The translations under genes and the position numbers were made by a program. Below the pieces are notes generated by a model, which was not told where the DNA came from, made no database searches, and saw nothing but the letters and a program-made list of their open reading frames with translations. Positions 19,387 to 32,849 of a stretch of 64,000 nucleotides of DNA are shown here, piece by piece. The number at the start of each line of letters is the position of its first letter. Positions within the stretch are counted from its first letter, which is position 1. The DNA comes from an uncultured Holophagales bacterium. GTDB taxonomy: Bacteria > Acidobacteriota > Thermoanaerobaculia > Multivoradales > UBA5704. The stretch is from the NCBI GenBank assembly GCA_963842525.1, contig CAWJGT010000009.1, positions 1,888,001 to 1,952,000 of the forward strand. Reading direction: 5' to 3'.

Positions 19387-19872
19387 ATGATGGACAATCT
19401 TCAGCTCAAGCACGTGCCGATGATGAAGACCGGAATGCTGATCCGCAAGCCGGTCGCCGATGTGTTCGAGGCCTTTGTCAACCCGGACATCACCACCAAA
19501 TTCTGGTTCACCAAAGGCAGCGGAAGGCTCGAGGCTGGCAAGCAGGTCCAATGGGAGTGGGAAATGTACGGCATCTCGATCCCGGTGACTGCGAAAGCCA
19601 ACGAGCTGAACAAGCGCCTTGTCATCGAGTGGCCGGGATACAGTGGTCCCATCACCGTGGAATGGACGTTCGCGCCGCAAGAGGATGGCACGACATTCGT
19701 CAGCATCACGGAGGAGGGCTTCATTGGCGACGGGGACGAGCTTGTGAAGCAGGTGACCGACTCGACGCAAGGGTTTTCTCTGGTGCTCGCGGGCGTCAAA
19801 GCGCTCCTCGAGCACAACGTCAGACTGAATCTGGTGGCGGATCGTTTTCCCAAGGGGATCGAGGAACACTAG
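19387..19872 (+). CDS. SRPBCC/AHSA1 family protein
   Basis: MLIRKPVADVFEAFVNPDITTKFWFT and LAGVKALLEH motifs. Confidence 0.9.
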   Translation: MMDNLQLKHVPMMKTGMLIRKPVADVFEAFVNPDITTKFWFTKGSGRLEAGKQVQWEWEMYGISIPVTAKANELNKRLVIEWPGYSGPITVEWTFAPQEDGTTFVSITEEGFIGDGDELVKQVTDSTQGFSLVLAGVKALLEHNVRLNLVADRFPKGIEEH

Positions 19873-19877
19873 CGGAA

Positions 19878-20294
19878 TCAGCCCAGGTCGCTCGCGTCCC
19901 CTTCCCCCAGCGCGATCTCGGCGTCGAGCTGGTGGCGCAGCTCCTGGGGTGAGATGACGGTGCCCTCGCCTTCGGGGGTAGGGAAGATGGCGACGGACAT
20001 GCGCTCCTCTTCGAGGAGGGGGAGGAGATCTTCGAGCAGCTCGCCGAGGGCGATCGCCTCCGGAGTTGCGCCCTCCCACTCCCCGTGCGCACAGGGCTCG
20101 GCGAACCTCGGGTGCGGCCAGAGGGGGAAGGAGTCGCCGCCGTCGGGCGTGCTCCCTACCACCCAGCCGGCCTCGCCGCGGAGCCCCCAGGCTTCTTCCC
20201 AATCCACGACGATCTGGAGGAAGAGGCTGTAGCGGTCCCGCGGCGGCAGGCCGAGGACCTGCCGCCGCTCGGTCTCGCTCAGGTCCCAGCTCAT
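19878..20294 (-). CDS. DUF2750 family protein
   Basis: RYSLFLQIVVDWEEAWGL, FPLWPHPRFA and ELLEDLLPLLEE pattern. Confidence 0.8.
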   Translation of the reverse strand: MSWDLSETERRQVLGLPPRDRYSLFLQIVVDWEEAWGLRGEAGWVVGSTPDGGDSFPLWPHPRFAEPCAHGEWEGATPEAIALGELLEDLLPLLEEERMSVAIFPTPEGEGTVISPQELRHQLDAEIALGEGDASDLG

Positions 20295-20357
20295 GAGCGC
20301 GCGGCCCCCCGCACGATCCAGGGCCGCTCGAAAAAGGTGGCGCCGCCTCGACGCCCT

Positions 20358-20467
20358 GCCCCGGGTTGACACCCGGGGCTACCCAGTTTCGCCCTCCGGG
20401 CTCTCGAATCAAGGGCTCTTTGAGCCCGGAGGGCGCTATTCGGTAGCCCAGGGTGTGAACCCTGGGC
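20358..20467. repeat. REP pair (GCCCAGGGTGTGAACCCTGGG family)
   Basis: Two small palindromes within a long inverted repeat; near-identical copy at 24688-24815. Confidence 0.85.
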
Positions 20468-20477
20468 GAGGGCTCGC

Positions 20478-22203
20478 TCAGGCATGTGCCTCCTCTTCGA
20501 CCTCCACCGCCTCGGCCTCGCCTGCTTCCTCCCCCTCTTCCAGGGAGGGGGGCGGTGTGGCCGGAGGTTGAGGTTCGGCGAGGGAGGCCGATGTTGCCTC
20601 GGTAGTCGCCTCGGTGGTGGCCTCGGTGGTTGGGGCCGGCTTCTCATCACCGCGCAGCTCCCCGAGGATCCACCCGGCAAGCATCTCCCTCTCCTGCTCG
20701 TCCAGCTCCAGGCCGGCGCTCTCGCAGAGGCCGAGGACGTTCCGGTAGAAGCACTTGCCGAGCGTCTCGGCGTCATCGCCGCCGTTCTGGCCGAAGCGGT
20801 GCCCGCCGAAGGTGATGCCCGCGCAGGATGAAGTTGACGCTGGCCCGGGCGATCGTGGCCCCCTCCTCGATACAGCGGTCGCGGACCGCCTTCGAGGTGC
20901 GGGTGAGGAAATACCCGTGGCCGCGGACCTCCTCGGCGATGTGGCGGAAGACCTGGGCGTACTCGACCGGGGTCAGGTACGGAGTGTCGGTGAGCTGGTG
21001 CACGCGGTAGGCGAGCGGGCCGAGCGCCGGGTCGAGCGCCGCCAGCTCGTCGGGGCGGCCGTCCGAGGGGACCTGGTGCTGCTCGGGGTCGTAGAGATAG
21101 CCGGGCTTGAGCGACGAGATCGCGAAGCTTGGGTTGGCCCGCCCGTCGAGCAGGTCGCGGAAGGTGCCGGCGCCGGCCCAGCGCGAGGAGAGCACCTCGT
21201 CGCCGAAGCGGCTGATCACCATCTGCGCGGCCCGCGCCATGGGCACCGCCGAATCGGCGCTCGCCACCACGGAGCGCACGTACTCCAGGATCTCCTCGGT
21301 GAGGCGGCTATGATCCACCGGGGCCGGGCGCACCAGGTACGAGGGCCGCTCGCGGCCGGTGGCCTCCTCGATCTCGGAGCGCTCCCCGATCCGCACCTTC
21401 CAGGGATCGCCGTCGACCATCAGGAGGTCCGGACGCGCCTGGGTGACCGCGGTGGCCATGTTGCGCAGGCTGTTGAAGCCGAGCCAGTTGGTGCTGGACG
21501 TGAACTCCGGGAACTCGCGGAAGATCCCGGGCAGGTCGGTCGCCACCAGCTCGCCGACGGCGCTCGCCTTTTCGTAGACCTTGTCGGAGATGCGCCGGAG
21601 GAGCTCCTGCATCGCCGTGGTGGCGGGCCCCTCGGTGCGGGTCGACTGGGTCGGGGTGACTCCGATCGCGTCTTCCAGGAACGTGTCCTGGTCGATCAGC
21701 AGGTCGCAGGCCGCCTTGTAGGCCACCGAGGCAGGACCGACGGCCAGGACGGCGCTGCGGCGGTCGTGCTTGGAGAGACGCAGGAGCACCGGCGTGAAGT
21801 CGGCGTCGCCGGAGAGGATGATGAACTCCTCGAAGCGTGTCGTGTGGTTCAGCGCATCGAGGATGTCCATGACCATCTGGATGTCGGCGCTGGTCTTGCC
21901 GCCGCTGGTCAGCGGCGGACAGTCCACCGCCTCGAAGGCGGAGCGGGTGAAGTAGGGCCGGAAACGGCCGAACTGGGAGGGGTTCAGGTAACAGCGCCGG
22001 AAGAGGATCTTCCTCTTCTGCCGCCCTTCCGTGTCTCCGGCGTCCGTGGGCAGGCGTTCCTGCAGCCACTGGAGCCAGAGAGAGGGATTCGTCGCGAACT
22101 GCTCCGCCGCGGTCGGGTCTTCCCGCTGTAGGCCCAGGTAGATGTTGTCGAAGTCGACGAACAGGGCCGTGCGGATGTGCGGCGGGTGATTGTTGTCTGC
22201 CAT
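20478..22203 (-). CDS. NYN (LabA/DUF88) domain protein with OST-HTH/LOTUS-like repeats (frameshift near 20820)
   Basis: ALFVDFDNI, GKTSADIQMVMDI and ILSGDADFTP motifs; repeated WLGFNSL / WAGAGTFRDLL units. Confidence 0.85.
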
Positions 22204-22313
22204 TGGGCCTCCAAGGGAAAAGAACAGGGGCGCCAGCCCATCGGACGAGGTGATTCTACGTGAACCGGGAGAGAAAGGCTGCGCAGGCGAAGCCGAAGCC
22301 GTCGTGGAGGCTC

Positions 22314-22531
22314 AGAGGGTGTTTTGGAAAACTCTGCTGGGGGCGTCGCCTTGGTCCCTCACCCCCGGCCCCTCTCCCATCCGCACTCCCTTCCCCCGGG
22401 AGAGGGGAGAAAAGCATGATCAGGAAGCTCCTGTGTGGGGGCTCCCCTCTCCCGGGCGGGTGTGAGTGCGGATGGGAGAGGGGTCGGGGGTGAGGGACCA
22501 GGGCTCGCGCAGGAATTTTCAGACACCCTCT
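22314..22531. mobile_element. ~218 bp MITE-like element with a palindromic CCCTCACCCCCGGCCCCTCTCCC core
   Basis: Terminal IRs agagggtgttttggaaa / tttcagacaccctct; copies at 39621 and 48161. Confidence 0.8.
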
Positions 22532-22566
22532 CTGCGCGCCACACGAGGACTCTCGGATGTAGTAGC

Positions 22567-24643
22567 TCAGAGTGCCAGCCCGGGGTCGCCTTCGAGGACG
22601 CGCTGCTCGAGGCGTGGCCGCTCGCCCGGGCGCCACATCGGCACGCGGTGGACGACGCGATAGCGCAGCGGCCCTCCGTCCGCGCCCGGGCTGCGTTCGA
22701 GGGGCCGCGGGATGCAGACGAACTCGCATTCGACGGCATCCGCCGTCAGTTGCAACGTGGCGTAGCCGTGGCCGCCCATGTCGAGGAAGGACAGGTGCGG
22801 CGCCAGGTCCGGGTTCGACGCGCGGCGCGCGCGCTCGGCATCCCCGCTGCGCTGGTACTCCAGGCAGGCCCGCACGCCATGGTGCATCAGCAGGTTCACC
22901 ATGGGCTGCATCTTGCCGCCGACCTCGGTCATGTAGAGGGCGCGTCAGCGGGTGGTCCTTGGGGAAGCGATGCTCATAGGCCTCCACGAGGCCGGGCGCG
23001 GAGATGGAGCCGGTGATGAATGCGGCGCCGACCGGCTCGAAGGCGGCGGGCGGCAACGCCTTGGCAGCCAAACCCGCCCAGAAGCTGTGCCGGTCGCCCG
23101 AGACGGTCACGAACCCGGTGATGCCCGCGTCGCGCACCGTCTCGTAGATCTGGCCGCGTTCGGTGTAGGCCGTGCTCCAGTCGCCCCCGCCGCCGAAGCA
23201 GGCGTAGCCGGCGCCCGGCCAGGGCTTGGCCAGACCAGGAGGCAGGTTCTGCGGATCCGCGCGCCAGTCCAGGGTGCCCAGCGAGTTGCCCCAGACCTTC
23301 CAGGTCGCCCGTGACGCGCGCAGCCGGTCGAGGAACCATGCCTTCTGCTCGGCACCAAGGATGGTTTGCGGCGCCTCGTCCTTGCGGAAGTTCGGCACCT
23401 GGACGTCGCCGTACCGGATCGTCTCCGGCGGCCGTCCGGCCGCATAGGTCCGCCCGGCGTCGAGGATCTCCATCATTTCCTGCGGGACGAGCCCGGGGAA
23501 GTCATTGCTCTGGAGAGGCTGTGCCTCGGGGCGGTTGTCCGGCACCTCGGAACGATAGGTGCGCTGATCGGTGATGAGGAGCTCCAGGTAGCGCCCCCAG
23601 CGCAGGGTCCGATAGGCCGTGAGGCTGCCGATCGCCGCGAGGTTGTTCGGTTCCTGGCCGAGGCCGTGCTCGTCGAGCTTCTCGATGGGCGCGTTCTGCA
23701 CCTGTGGTGGATCGAAGCGCTCGAGCGACGGCCCGCCCGCGTGGCGCACGCGCGCCGGCTGATACTCGAACCATGCCTGATTGGCCGCGACCTTGACCGT
23801 CTGGGCCGGGCGCGACTTGCCTTCGAAAAGCTGGAACGACTGCCAGCCCATCCACGAGAACTCGTGGTTGTCCCACATCGGAACGAAAGGAAACCGCGCC
23901 CGCGCATCCTGCAGGTCCGGGTCCTGGAGATAGGCGCGATAGAGCACGCGATAGTCGGCGAGAGTCGTCGGCACCCGGAACCCTGCGATCTGCTCGCCGT
24001 GAGGGTAGCGAACGACATCGCGCACCCGGCGATCGTAGCGGTGCCCGCCGGGGACATCCTCCGGGTAGTCCACGACCTCGTAGACGAAGTCGCCGAGGTG
24101 CAGCACGAACGCGAGCTGGTCGTCGGCCGCGGCGCGTTCGTCCTCGAAGATCATGCGCCGGTAGGCGTTCTGCGCTCCCTCGCAGACGTTCTGGCAACTG
24201 ACGAAGGCGAAGCGCACAGGCAGGCGATCGTCGTCGGCCGGCGCGGTCCGGGCGCGTCCGATCCGGCTGCCACGGCCGTTCTCGTCCGTGAATCGATACC
24301 AGTACGTGCGGGCCGGCCGCAGCCCGCCCACCAGAACGCGGCAGGTGTGGTCGGCGGCCAGGAGGGCGACCGTGGGCGCCGTGGCGACCACCTGCTCGAA
24401 GGCCGGGTCCTCGGCCACTTCCACGGTCAGCCGGACGGCCTCTTCGGAGCCGCCCGCGGAGGCGCGCGTCCAGAGCAGGACGCTGTCAGGACCGGGATCT
24501 CCCGAGGCGACGCCTTCGGCAAACAGGTCGCGGCGCTCGACCCAGCGTGAGCGCGAGCGCAGGGCCCGGGGCCCTGCACAAGCCCACGTTGCCCCCATCG
24601 CGGCTGCGGCGAGGATGAGCTCTCTGCGTGTCAGACGGGCCAT
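22567..24643 (-). CDS. phoD: Alkaline phosphatase D, Tat-exported (frameshift near 22945)
   Basis: LTRRELI Tat signal; GVASGDP, LHLGDFVYE, WDNHEF, TILGAEQKAW and SGDRH motifs. Confidence 0.93.
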
Positions 24644-24687
24644 GGTGCTGTTGAGTGTAGCGGGCTGGCACCGGTCTCGCCAGCCTC

Positions 24688-24815
24688 GCCCAGGGTTCAC
24701 ACCCTGGGCTACCCAGTTCCGCCCTCCGGGCTCGAATACCTGCGCTCGCTCCGATAAGGAGATCTTCGCGAGCCCGGAGGGCGCCATTCGGTAGCCCAGG
24801 GTGTGAACCCTGGGC
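24688..24815. repeat. REP pair (same family as 20358)
   Basis: gcccagggttcacaccctgggctac ... gtagcccagggtgtgaaccctgggc. Confidence 0.85.
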
Positions 24816-24845
24816 GAGGGCGCGAGGCCCATCAGCACGGCCAAC

Positions 24846-26071
<1,226 letters not shown>

Positions 26072-26075
<4 letters not shown>

Positions 26076-26876
26076 TGCAGCACCTCTTCCAGCTCTTCTG
26101 CCGTGGGCGAGGCGATGGTGAAGGGAAAGGCGATGGCCAGCTCGGCTTCCGTGGCGGTGCTGCCGGGATGGGCCCGCGTCTGGACGATCTTCTCGTCGCG
26201 CCAGATCAGGCCGTCGCGCACGTAGACCACGCGCTTGGCGTGCGCCGCGATGTCCGGCTCGTGGGTGATCAGGATGACGGTCTTGCCGGCTTCGTTGAGC
26301 TCCTGGAAGATGCCCATGATCTCCTCGGAGGTGCTCGTGTCGAGGTTGCCGGTCGGCTCGTCGGCGAGGAGGATCGCCGGATCGGTGACCAGGGCGCGGG
26401 CGATCGCCACCCGCTGCTGCTGGCCGCCGGAGAGCTGCGAGGGGTAGTGGTCCTCGCGGCCGGCGAGGCCGACCCGGGCAAGGGCCTGCCGGGCGCGGCG
26501 GGACGCGCTCTTCGGAGGAGATGCCCAGGTCGCTGTAGAGCAGCGGCAGCTCGACGTTCTCCGTGGCCCGCGTCCGCGCCAGCAGGTTGAAGCTCTGGAA
26601 GACGAAGCCGATCTTGGCGTTGCGGATCTCGGCCCGCTGGTCGCGGTCGAGGCGCGAGACGTCGATGCCGTCCAGCAGGTAGGTGCCCGAGGTCGGCCGG
26701 TCGAGGCAGCCCAGGATGTTCATCAGCGTCGACTTGCCGGAGCCCGACGGCCCCATGATCGCCACGAATTCGCCGGGCTCGACCGTCAGGTCGACCCCAT
26801 TCAGGGCCCGGACCTCCATCTCGCCCATGCGGTAGACCTTCACGAGGCCGCGGATCTCGATGACGGGATTGCCCAT
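26072..26876 (-). CDS. ABC transporter ATP-binding protein, MacB/LolD-like (frameshift near 26500)
   Basis: GPSGSGKST in the first frame; LSGGQQQR and [11 protein letters not shown] in the second; its stop overlaps the permease ATG. Confidence 0.92.
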
Positions 26877-26879
26877 GGC

Positions 26880-28150
26880 TCAGAACCTTCCGAATCCGCC
26901 CGGCCGTCCGCCACGCGCGGTGCCGCTGCTCTCGGGGGCCTTGAGGGTCGCCAGCCCGGTGACCACCGGGTCGCCGGGCTTCAGCTCGCCGGAGAGCACC
27001 GAGGTCACCTGGGTGTAGCGGCCGTCGGTGATGCCGGTGCGGATGCGGACCTCGCGCAGCTCATCGGTCTTTCCGTTCTCGCTCTTTTCGAGGACGTAGA
27101 CGGTCTGCCCGGCCTGCCGGCGTTGCCGCCCTCCGCCTTCACTGCCTCCCGCCCGGGACGCCCCGTCGCTGCCGTTCCGCCGTGCCTGGCCCTGCTCCTG
27201 CCCCTCCGCCGTCTCCGGCCGGAAGCGCAGGGCGGAGTTGGGCACGCGCAGCACGTTGTTGGCCGTGTCGACCTGGATGGTGACGTCGGCGGTCATGCTG
27301 GGGCGCAGCTTGAGGTCGGGGTTCGGCACCTCGACGATCACCGGGTAGGTGATGACGTTCTGGTTGACGGTGGCGTTCAGGCGCACCTGCGAGATCTGCC
27401 CGCGGAACTGCTGGTCCGGGTAGGCGTCGACCGTGAAGCGAGCGGGCTGGCCGGCCTGGATCCGCCCGATGTCGGACTGGTCGATGTCGGCCTTGACCTG
27501 CATCTTGGTCAGGTCCTGGGCGATGGTGAACAGGGTCGGCGCCTGAGAACGAGGCGGCGACCGTCTGGCCGATGTCGTACTGGCGGTCCACCACCTGGCC
27601 GTCGATCGGCGAAAAGATCTTGGTGAAGCCGAGATTGGTCTGCGCCTGCTTGAGCGAGGCTTGCGACTGCGCGAGCTGGGCGCGCGCAGAGTCGTAGCCC
27701 GCCTTGGCGGCGTCGACCTCGGACTGCGCGACCAGGCCGGCGTCGAAGAGCCGCTTCTGGCGGTTGTAGGTGAGCAGGGTGTTGGCCATGTCGATCTGCG
27801 ACTTGGTCACGTCCGCCTGGCGCTGCTCGACCGGTCTGGAGGAACGGCGTCGGATCGAGCTCGGCCAGGACCTGGCCCTTCTGGACCTGGCTGTTGAAGT
27901 CGGCATAGAGTTTGGAGATGATGCCGGAGACCTGGCTGCCGACCTGGACGGTGGTCACCGCCGACAGGGTCCCCGTGGCGCTCGCGGTCGCGGTGATGTT
28001 GCCGCGGCTCACCGCGTCCGTGCGGTACTGTTCGCCCTCGTCGTCCCTGCCGCGCCGCAGGAAGAACAGGCCGACCAGAACCACAGCGACCACAGCGATG
28101 GCGGTGAGGAGAAAGCGGCGTTGCTTGTGGTTGTTCTCGAGTGGTTCCAT
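26880..28150 (-). CDS. MacA-like periplasmic adaptor (membrane fusion protein; frameshifted)
   Basis: TVQVGSQVSG, SPIDGQV, GQTVAASF and FTVDAYP motifs across three frames. Confidence 0.9.
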
Positions 28151-28434
28151 ATCTGGTCCGAACGCTTGATCCCTGTTGAGGCTTCCCGGATCGCGTCCGA
28201 TCTCCTTGGTCTTTACATTTTCCGTACAAATCGCTCCCCGGAAGAGGGTTCTGCAGGACGGGTGCCAGGACCAGACGTGCAGGCGCACGACCTCTCGACG
28301 CAACCCACTCCCGAATGGCGTATGATCCGCACCTACCGGAGCCGGAGGCTGGACTCGGTCAAAGCCCCCCGCCGGCTATCGGGCCATCCCGTTCCAGTCC
28401 GGCAGATGGGTTGACGGAGCCGCTCGTGGATTTG

Positions 28435-28525
28435 CTGGGAGCGCCGGCATCCCTGCCGGCCGACAAACCAAAAGATGGAATAAGGATGGAATAAGAAGGC
28501 CGGCAAGGATGCCGGCGCTCCCAGC
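28435..28525. repeat. REP pair (CTGGGAGCGCCGGC family)
   Basis: ctgggagcgccggcatccctgccggc ... gccggcaaggatgccggcgctcccag. Confidence 0.85.
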
Positions 28526-28529
28526 GGTG

Positions 28530-28596
28530 TGTTCGCGAAGTCCAGGACCTCGACGTTGTCGAAGATGAGAATGCCGACGCTCCAGCGCTCTTGCAT
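28530..28596 (-). pseudogene. 5' remnant of a DJ-1/PfpI family gene
   Basis: GGGAGG RBS then MQERWSVGILIFDNVEVLDFA, which runs into a REP. Confidence 0.65.
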
Positions 28597-28669
28597 GCTC
28601 ACGTGCCTCCCGCCCGAGATGGCCTTGCCTCTTCTCGGCCAAAATTTGCCGGACTGCTTCGCAGTGCTC

Positions 28670-28862
28670 TCCAGAGGGGGGCAAGCCCCCCTCTGGACTC
28701 CCCCCGAAAAGAAGTCCAGAGTTTCAGAGACCAGAGAAATCAGAGGCCAGAGGAGAATGGGAGCACGACGACACGGAACCCAATGAAGTCGCCGCGGTTG
28801 ACCGGCTCGCCCCAGCGGCGGCACGCACAACGGGCGAGCCTGGAGTCGAAGAAGCAAGAGCC
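28670..28862 (-). repeat. Putative DGR variable repeat, IMH-like CTCTG(G/A) tract and hairpin, copy 1
   Basis: Near-identical to 32969-33160 except at NNC codons; hairpin tccagagggggg-caag-cccccctctgga at 28670-28697. Confidence 0.78.
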
Positions 28863-31502
28863 GCCGCGGACAACCCGGAGGGATTGCGAAGGTGCTTCGA
28901 GATCCTCACGGCCATCCGTGCTCACGTAGGGATACGCCTTATCGACGCTTCTCGTCCACTCCCAGACATTGCCGCTCATCTCTTCGCATCCGGAGGGGCT
29001 GGCTCCTCCAGGGAAACAACCGACGGCACTGACCTCTCCGACTCCGCTCTCACCAACGTTCGCCCGGTCCGCATCGAAGCCGTCACCCCAGGGGTACCTC
29101 CGCCCATCGGTCCCGCGGGCCGCCTTCTCCCACTCCGCTTCGGACGGCAGGGTGACCACCAGGCGTCCGCTCGCGAGACCTTCCCAGAGGCTCCCCGCGG
29201 CTCCGCTCGTTTTCCTCCTTGGGCCAGGCGCTCCGCCGCCTCGCCTTTCAGCTTCTCTCCCAACCAACGGCAGTAGGCCAGGGCCTCGAACCAGGTGACG
29301 AAGATCGCCGGATGGTTGGGGTGGCCTTCCAGAGCCCTGCGGTCCCCGAGCTTCCAGAGAGGTGTCCGCCACGAAGGTGGAGAGCTGCTGGACCGTCACC
29401 GGGTACCGCGCCATATAAAGGGCCGGCAGGACCACTTCATGCTGCGGTCGCTCGTCTCCATAGCTTTCAGGATCGTCCTTCGCGCTCCCCATCCGGAACG
29501 GCCCGGCGGGGACCGCGACGAAACCCAGGAGCGGATCGCACGGCAGGAACCAGCGGTCCGGGTCGAAACGCGGATCGCCCAGCTTCGCCAGGGTACGGCC
29601 GGCCAGGGCCCGCTCGGTGGCGGGAAACCGGCCGTCGCCGAGGAGGCGGACCAGCCAGCGTCGCAGCCGCTCCAGCTTGGGCCGGTTGGCAGGGCTGACC
29701 TGGGAAAGGTTCGCCGATTCGGCTACCGCCTGGCCGGCGAGCTGGGCTCCCCAGGCGTCGGCCAGGTCGTTCTCCGGCGCGTCCGGCTCCCGCCAGCAGA
29801 GGGCCTCGGCAAGCTGCCAGACGCTCGGCACCGCCCCCCGCGCCGCCTTGGCCCCGGCGAGCAGCACCACCTCCCGCCAGCGCGCCGGATCCTTGCGCGC
29901 GAGCTCCGCCACCCGGTCCGGCCACGTGCGCTCTCCAGTAAGATGGCAGGCCGCCAGGTACTCCTGGAACGTGCGGTGCGGGAACGTGTACACCCCCACC
30001 CCGCGAGGCTCCAGCAGGCCCGCCCGGTCCCGCAGGAATTCGACGAGGAGACCGGGCCTCGTGTCGGGATTCCGGCTCACCCGCAGCAGGCTTGCCACCA
30101 ATTCCTTCTCTTCAAGGTCGGCGGTGCCGGTGGTGTCGCCCTGGGCGCCGTGGCATTCGCAGGCCAGCTCTTCGAGCACGGCGCGGACCTTCTCCCGCCC
30201 CACGTTCAGGAACTCGCTCAGGCTCGGCTGCGGCAGCACCGGCTCGCCGCGGGCGTCGAACCGCACCCGCTGCTTCTCCCAGACGTCGAGCAGGAGGTCG
30301 ACGGCGTTCGCGTAAAGCTCCTCCCGCCGTTCCGGCAGGCTGCCCCCGCGCCACGCATGGAGGCTTGCCATCAGGGTCAACAGCAACGGCCGCCGGGCGA
30401 GGCCCAGCAGGCGGTCCCCGGTAAAGACCGCGCGTTCGAGCAGCACTGCGCGGCCCTGTGCATCTTCCTCCGGGAGCCGGCCGAGTGTGGCCATCTGGGC
30501 ATACCACCGCGAGATGAACCAATGGATCTGCCCGCGGCTGAACGGCGCCAGCTCTCCTTCCGCAAAGCCCGGCAGCTTCCACTCCTGGTTGCGGTAGGCG
30601 TAGGTGCGGCTGGTCAGCAGGACCCGGCACTTCCCCAGGCTCTGGCAGAAGCTCACCACCGCTTGGCGGATCTGCTGGCGGCGCGTCTCCGCCTCCGGTA
30701 CTTCGTCGAGCCCGTCGAACAGCACCAGGCCGCCCTGCGTGAGCAGCTCCTCCTTGAGGTGCGGCAGGTACTCGCCGAGCCCGCACGCCTGCAGGTCGCG
30801 TCCGAGGAAGGCCCAGAGGTGCTGCGCCGTGGCCTCCTTGCCACGCTCCGGCAGCCCTGAGGCCGCGAAATCCCGCAGCACGACCCGCACCGGCAGGAGC
30901 GCCTTATGCCGCCAGGGCTGGGGTTTCTTCTCCCCTTCTTCTTCCTCTCGCGGCAGAGGAGAGCGCAACACCTCCAGGTTCACATCCTTCCGGCCGAAGG
31001 CTTCCCCGGCCAGGCAGAGGGCGACGAAGCTCACGAAGGTGCTCTTGCCGCTTCCCGGGTCCCCTAACAGGACGAGGCGGGGATGCCGGTCGAGCAGCGC
31101 CAGGGCGGAGAGGGGGCGCGGCCGATCCTCAGGGATCCCGGCAGGCCGTCCCTTGGAAAGCTTCTCCTCCACGCTCGTGGTGAGCAAGGCGGTGTAGACG
31201 GCATCGAGCCGCAGCCGCGCCTCACGGTCGTTGGCCAGAGCCGGATCGACTCCCGAGAGGGCCAGGGCCTCGGTCTGGCAGACGAGACGATGCAAGTATG
31301 CCGAGCGGAGCGTGGCTGCGTCCGCCCCCGGACCGGGCCGGACATAGGTGGTGACAATGTCGCGCCCAGCCGCCTGCCCACCCGCCCCGGCTGCCACGCC
31401 GCCGGACTGGACGATGGCGCCCGAGCCCAGGAGCTTGGCCTCCAGGGCGGCCACCTGGGCACGAAGGCGTTCGAGCTCGCTCGCGGAGTCAGGAACGGTC
31501 AT
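28740..31502 (-). CDS. NACHT NTPase + C-terminal FGE-sulfatase (C-type lectin fold) NLR-like protein with N-terminal Gly-rich motif
   Basis: [29 protein letters not shown] and [12 protein letters not shown]; FGE motifs [34 protein letters not shown] and GFR. Two compensating indels at about 29350-29200. Confidence 0.93.
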   Translation of the reverse strand: MTVPDSASELERLRAQVAALEAKLLGSGAIVQSGGVAAGAGGQAAGRDIVTTYVRPGPGADAATLRSAYLHRLVCQTEALALSGVDPALANDREARLRLDAVYTALLTTSVEEKLSKGRPAGIPEDRPRPLSALALLDRHPRLVLLGDPGSGKSTFVSFVALCLAGEAFGRKDVNLEVLRSPLPREEEEGEKKPQPWRHKALLPVRVVLRDFAASGLPERGKEATAQHLWAFLGRDLQACGLGEYLPHLKEELLTQGGLVLFDGLDEVPEAETRRQQIRQAVVSFCQSLGKCRVLLTSRTYAYRNQEWKLPGFAEGELAPFSRGQIHWFISRWYAQMATLGRLPEEDAQGRAVLLERAVFTGDRLLGLARRPLLLTLMASLHAWRGGSLPERREELYANAVDLLLDVWEKQRVRFDARGEPVLPQPSLSEFLNVGREKVRAVLEELACECHGAQGDTTGTADLEEKELVASLLRVSRNPDTRPGLLVEFLRDRAGLLEPRGVGVYTFPHRTFQEYLAACHLTGERTWPDRVAELARKDPARWREVVLLAGAKAARGAVPSVWQLAEALCWREPDAPENDLADAWGAQLAGQAVAESANLSQVSPANRPKLERLRRWLVRLLGDGRFPATERALAGRTLAKLGDPRFDPDRWFLPCDPLLGFVAVPAGPFRMGSAKDDPESYGDERPQHEVVLPALYMARYPVTVQQLSTFVADTSLEARGPQGSGRPPQPSGDLRHLVRGPGLLPLVGREAERRGGGAPGPRRKTSGAAGSLWEGLASGRLVVTLPSEAEWEKAARGTDGRRYPWGDGFDADRANVGESGVGEVSAVGCFPGGASPSGCEEMSGNVWEWTRSVDKAYPYVSTDGREDLEAPSQSLRVVRGGSCFFDSRLARCACRRWGEPVNRGDFIGFRVVVLPFSSGL

Positions 31503-31974
31503 CGCCCCGGGTCCCTCGCCCCGTCCGGCCTGCCGAAATGTCGCCTGTTACACTGCCGCCTACCGCGACGCCTCCTTCACCCACCGCCACCGCGCCAGGA
31601 CCCTGGGCAATGGCGCCCGAGCCGTGGAGAGTCGCCTGATAAGACGTGCCCCGGCCAGCGGAGTCGAGGAGCTTCGCCACCTCGGAAGCCAGATCGGGAT
31701 CGGCTTCGAGGATCTTCCCAAGCTGGCGGCGCAGCCCCGCACGAGCGTCGTCGTCGTCCGGGGCCTCGGCGACCTCCTCCGCCGCTCCGAGGGCGCGGGG
31801 GCTCTCTTCCACCGGCTTGCGAAGCTTCGTCCAAAGCTTGCGGCCGAGCTCGAACGCCTCCTCTCCCACCTTCTTCCCTGCCGCCTTGACGGCCTCCGTG
31901 CCGCCGGTGATCAAGTGAGGCAGAACCGGCGCGAGAGCGATTACCAAGGCATCCGCGAGCAGCTTCAGGTCCAT
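31489..31974 (-). CDS. Bell-like (bacterial HeLo-like) helical protein with C-terminal putative amyloid motif
   Basis: Hydrophobic N-terminal helix, LW.KL and [21 protein letters not shown] pattern; tail [29 protein letters not shown]; overlaps the NLR start by 14 bp. Confidence 0.75.
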   Translation of the reverse strand: MDLKLLADALVIALAPVLPHLITGGTEAVKAAGKKVGEEAFELGRKLWTKLRKPVEESPRALGAAEEVAEAPDDDDARAGLRRQLGKILEADPDLASEVAKLLDSAGRGTSYQATLHGSGAIAQGPGAVAVGEGGVAVGGSVTGDISAGRTGRGTRGDDRS

Positions 31975-32030
31975 GCGGGCCTCCTTTCGGGCTCGTGCGG
32001 CTCCAATCCTATCGCGCTGTAGGCGGCGCC

Positions 32031-32260
32031 CCCCACTGTAGAGACGCCCCGTGGGGCGTCTCCGGGGCGTAGAAGACGGTTCGATCTGAAATGTACAGAC
32101 CGGACGGCAAGGTGCCGATGGCCCAATCAGAAGACATCAGGCGTCGGCGGACGGTGACCGGCCCTGTCAGAAAAAACATCGACGTGCCGGCGCACGGCTG
32201 TTGCAACCGGGAGGGTGTCGCCGCTGCGGAGACGCCCCACGGGGCGTCTCTACAGTGGGG
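32031..32260. repeat. GTAG REP pair upstream of the RAYT
   Basis: cccactgtagagacgccccgtggggcgtctcc and inverted ggagacgccccacggggcgtctctacagtggg. Confidence 0.9.
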
Positions 32261-32310
32261 GTGATGGTCACGGTTGCCTTGGCGGTGAATATCAACGATA
32301 ATGCGCTGGA

Positions 32311-32841
32311 ATGAGCGACACCTTGTACCGAAACCGGTTCCGGATTCCGTCTACCCGGTTGCCCGGCTGGGACTACGGCCAGGGCGGTACCTATTGTGTG
32401 ACGATCTGCACCCGGGGCCGGGTCTGTTGGCTGGGCGAGATCGTAGAAGGCAAGATGGTTCCTTCAGATCTCGGGGATATCGTCGCCGAGGAATGGGTGG
32501 AGATGGCACGTCGCCGTCCCCACGTGGACCTCGACGCTTGGATCGTGATGCCCAATCATGTCCATGGGATCCTCTGTCTCCAGCCGCCACATCTCAATGG
32601 GCGTCCGACGCCTTTAGGAGAGGCCATCGGACATTTCAAGGGGGCCTGCACCCAACGGATCTGGGACAGTGGACGACGAGATTTCGCCTGGCAGACGAGA
32701 TTCTTTGACCAGATCATCCGAAGCGACGACACCCTTCTGCGATTCCGGCGGTACATCATGGAGAATCCGCTCCGCTGGGAGGAGGATCGGCATCATCCAA
32801 AGATCGCTCCAGAAGAGCATCGTTGCTCCGGCCAACGATAA
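32311..32841 (+). CDS. REP-associated tyrosine transposase (RAYT, Y1 HUH)
   Basis: STRLPGWDY, YCVTICT, VMPNHVHGI, WQTRFFDQIIR and YIMENP motifs; flanked by GTAG REPs. Confidence 0.92.
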   Translation: MSDTLYRNRFRIPSTRLPGWDYGQGGTYCVTICTRGRVCWLGEIVEGKMVPSDLGDIVAEEWVEMARRRPHVDLDAWIVMPNHVHGILCLQPPHLNGRPTPLGEAIGHFKGACTQRIWDSGRRDFAWQTRFFDQIIRSDDTLLRFRRYIMENPLRWEEDRHHPKIAPEEHRCSGQR

Positions 32842-32849
32842 GGTTTCCT

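Noticed and set aside
28321-28420. Possible RAYT-like gene stub (MIRTYRSRRL)
   Set aside because: Too short to assign.
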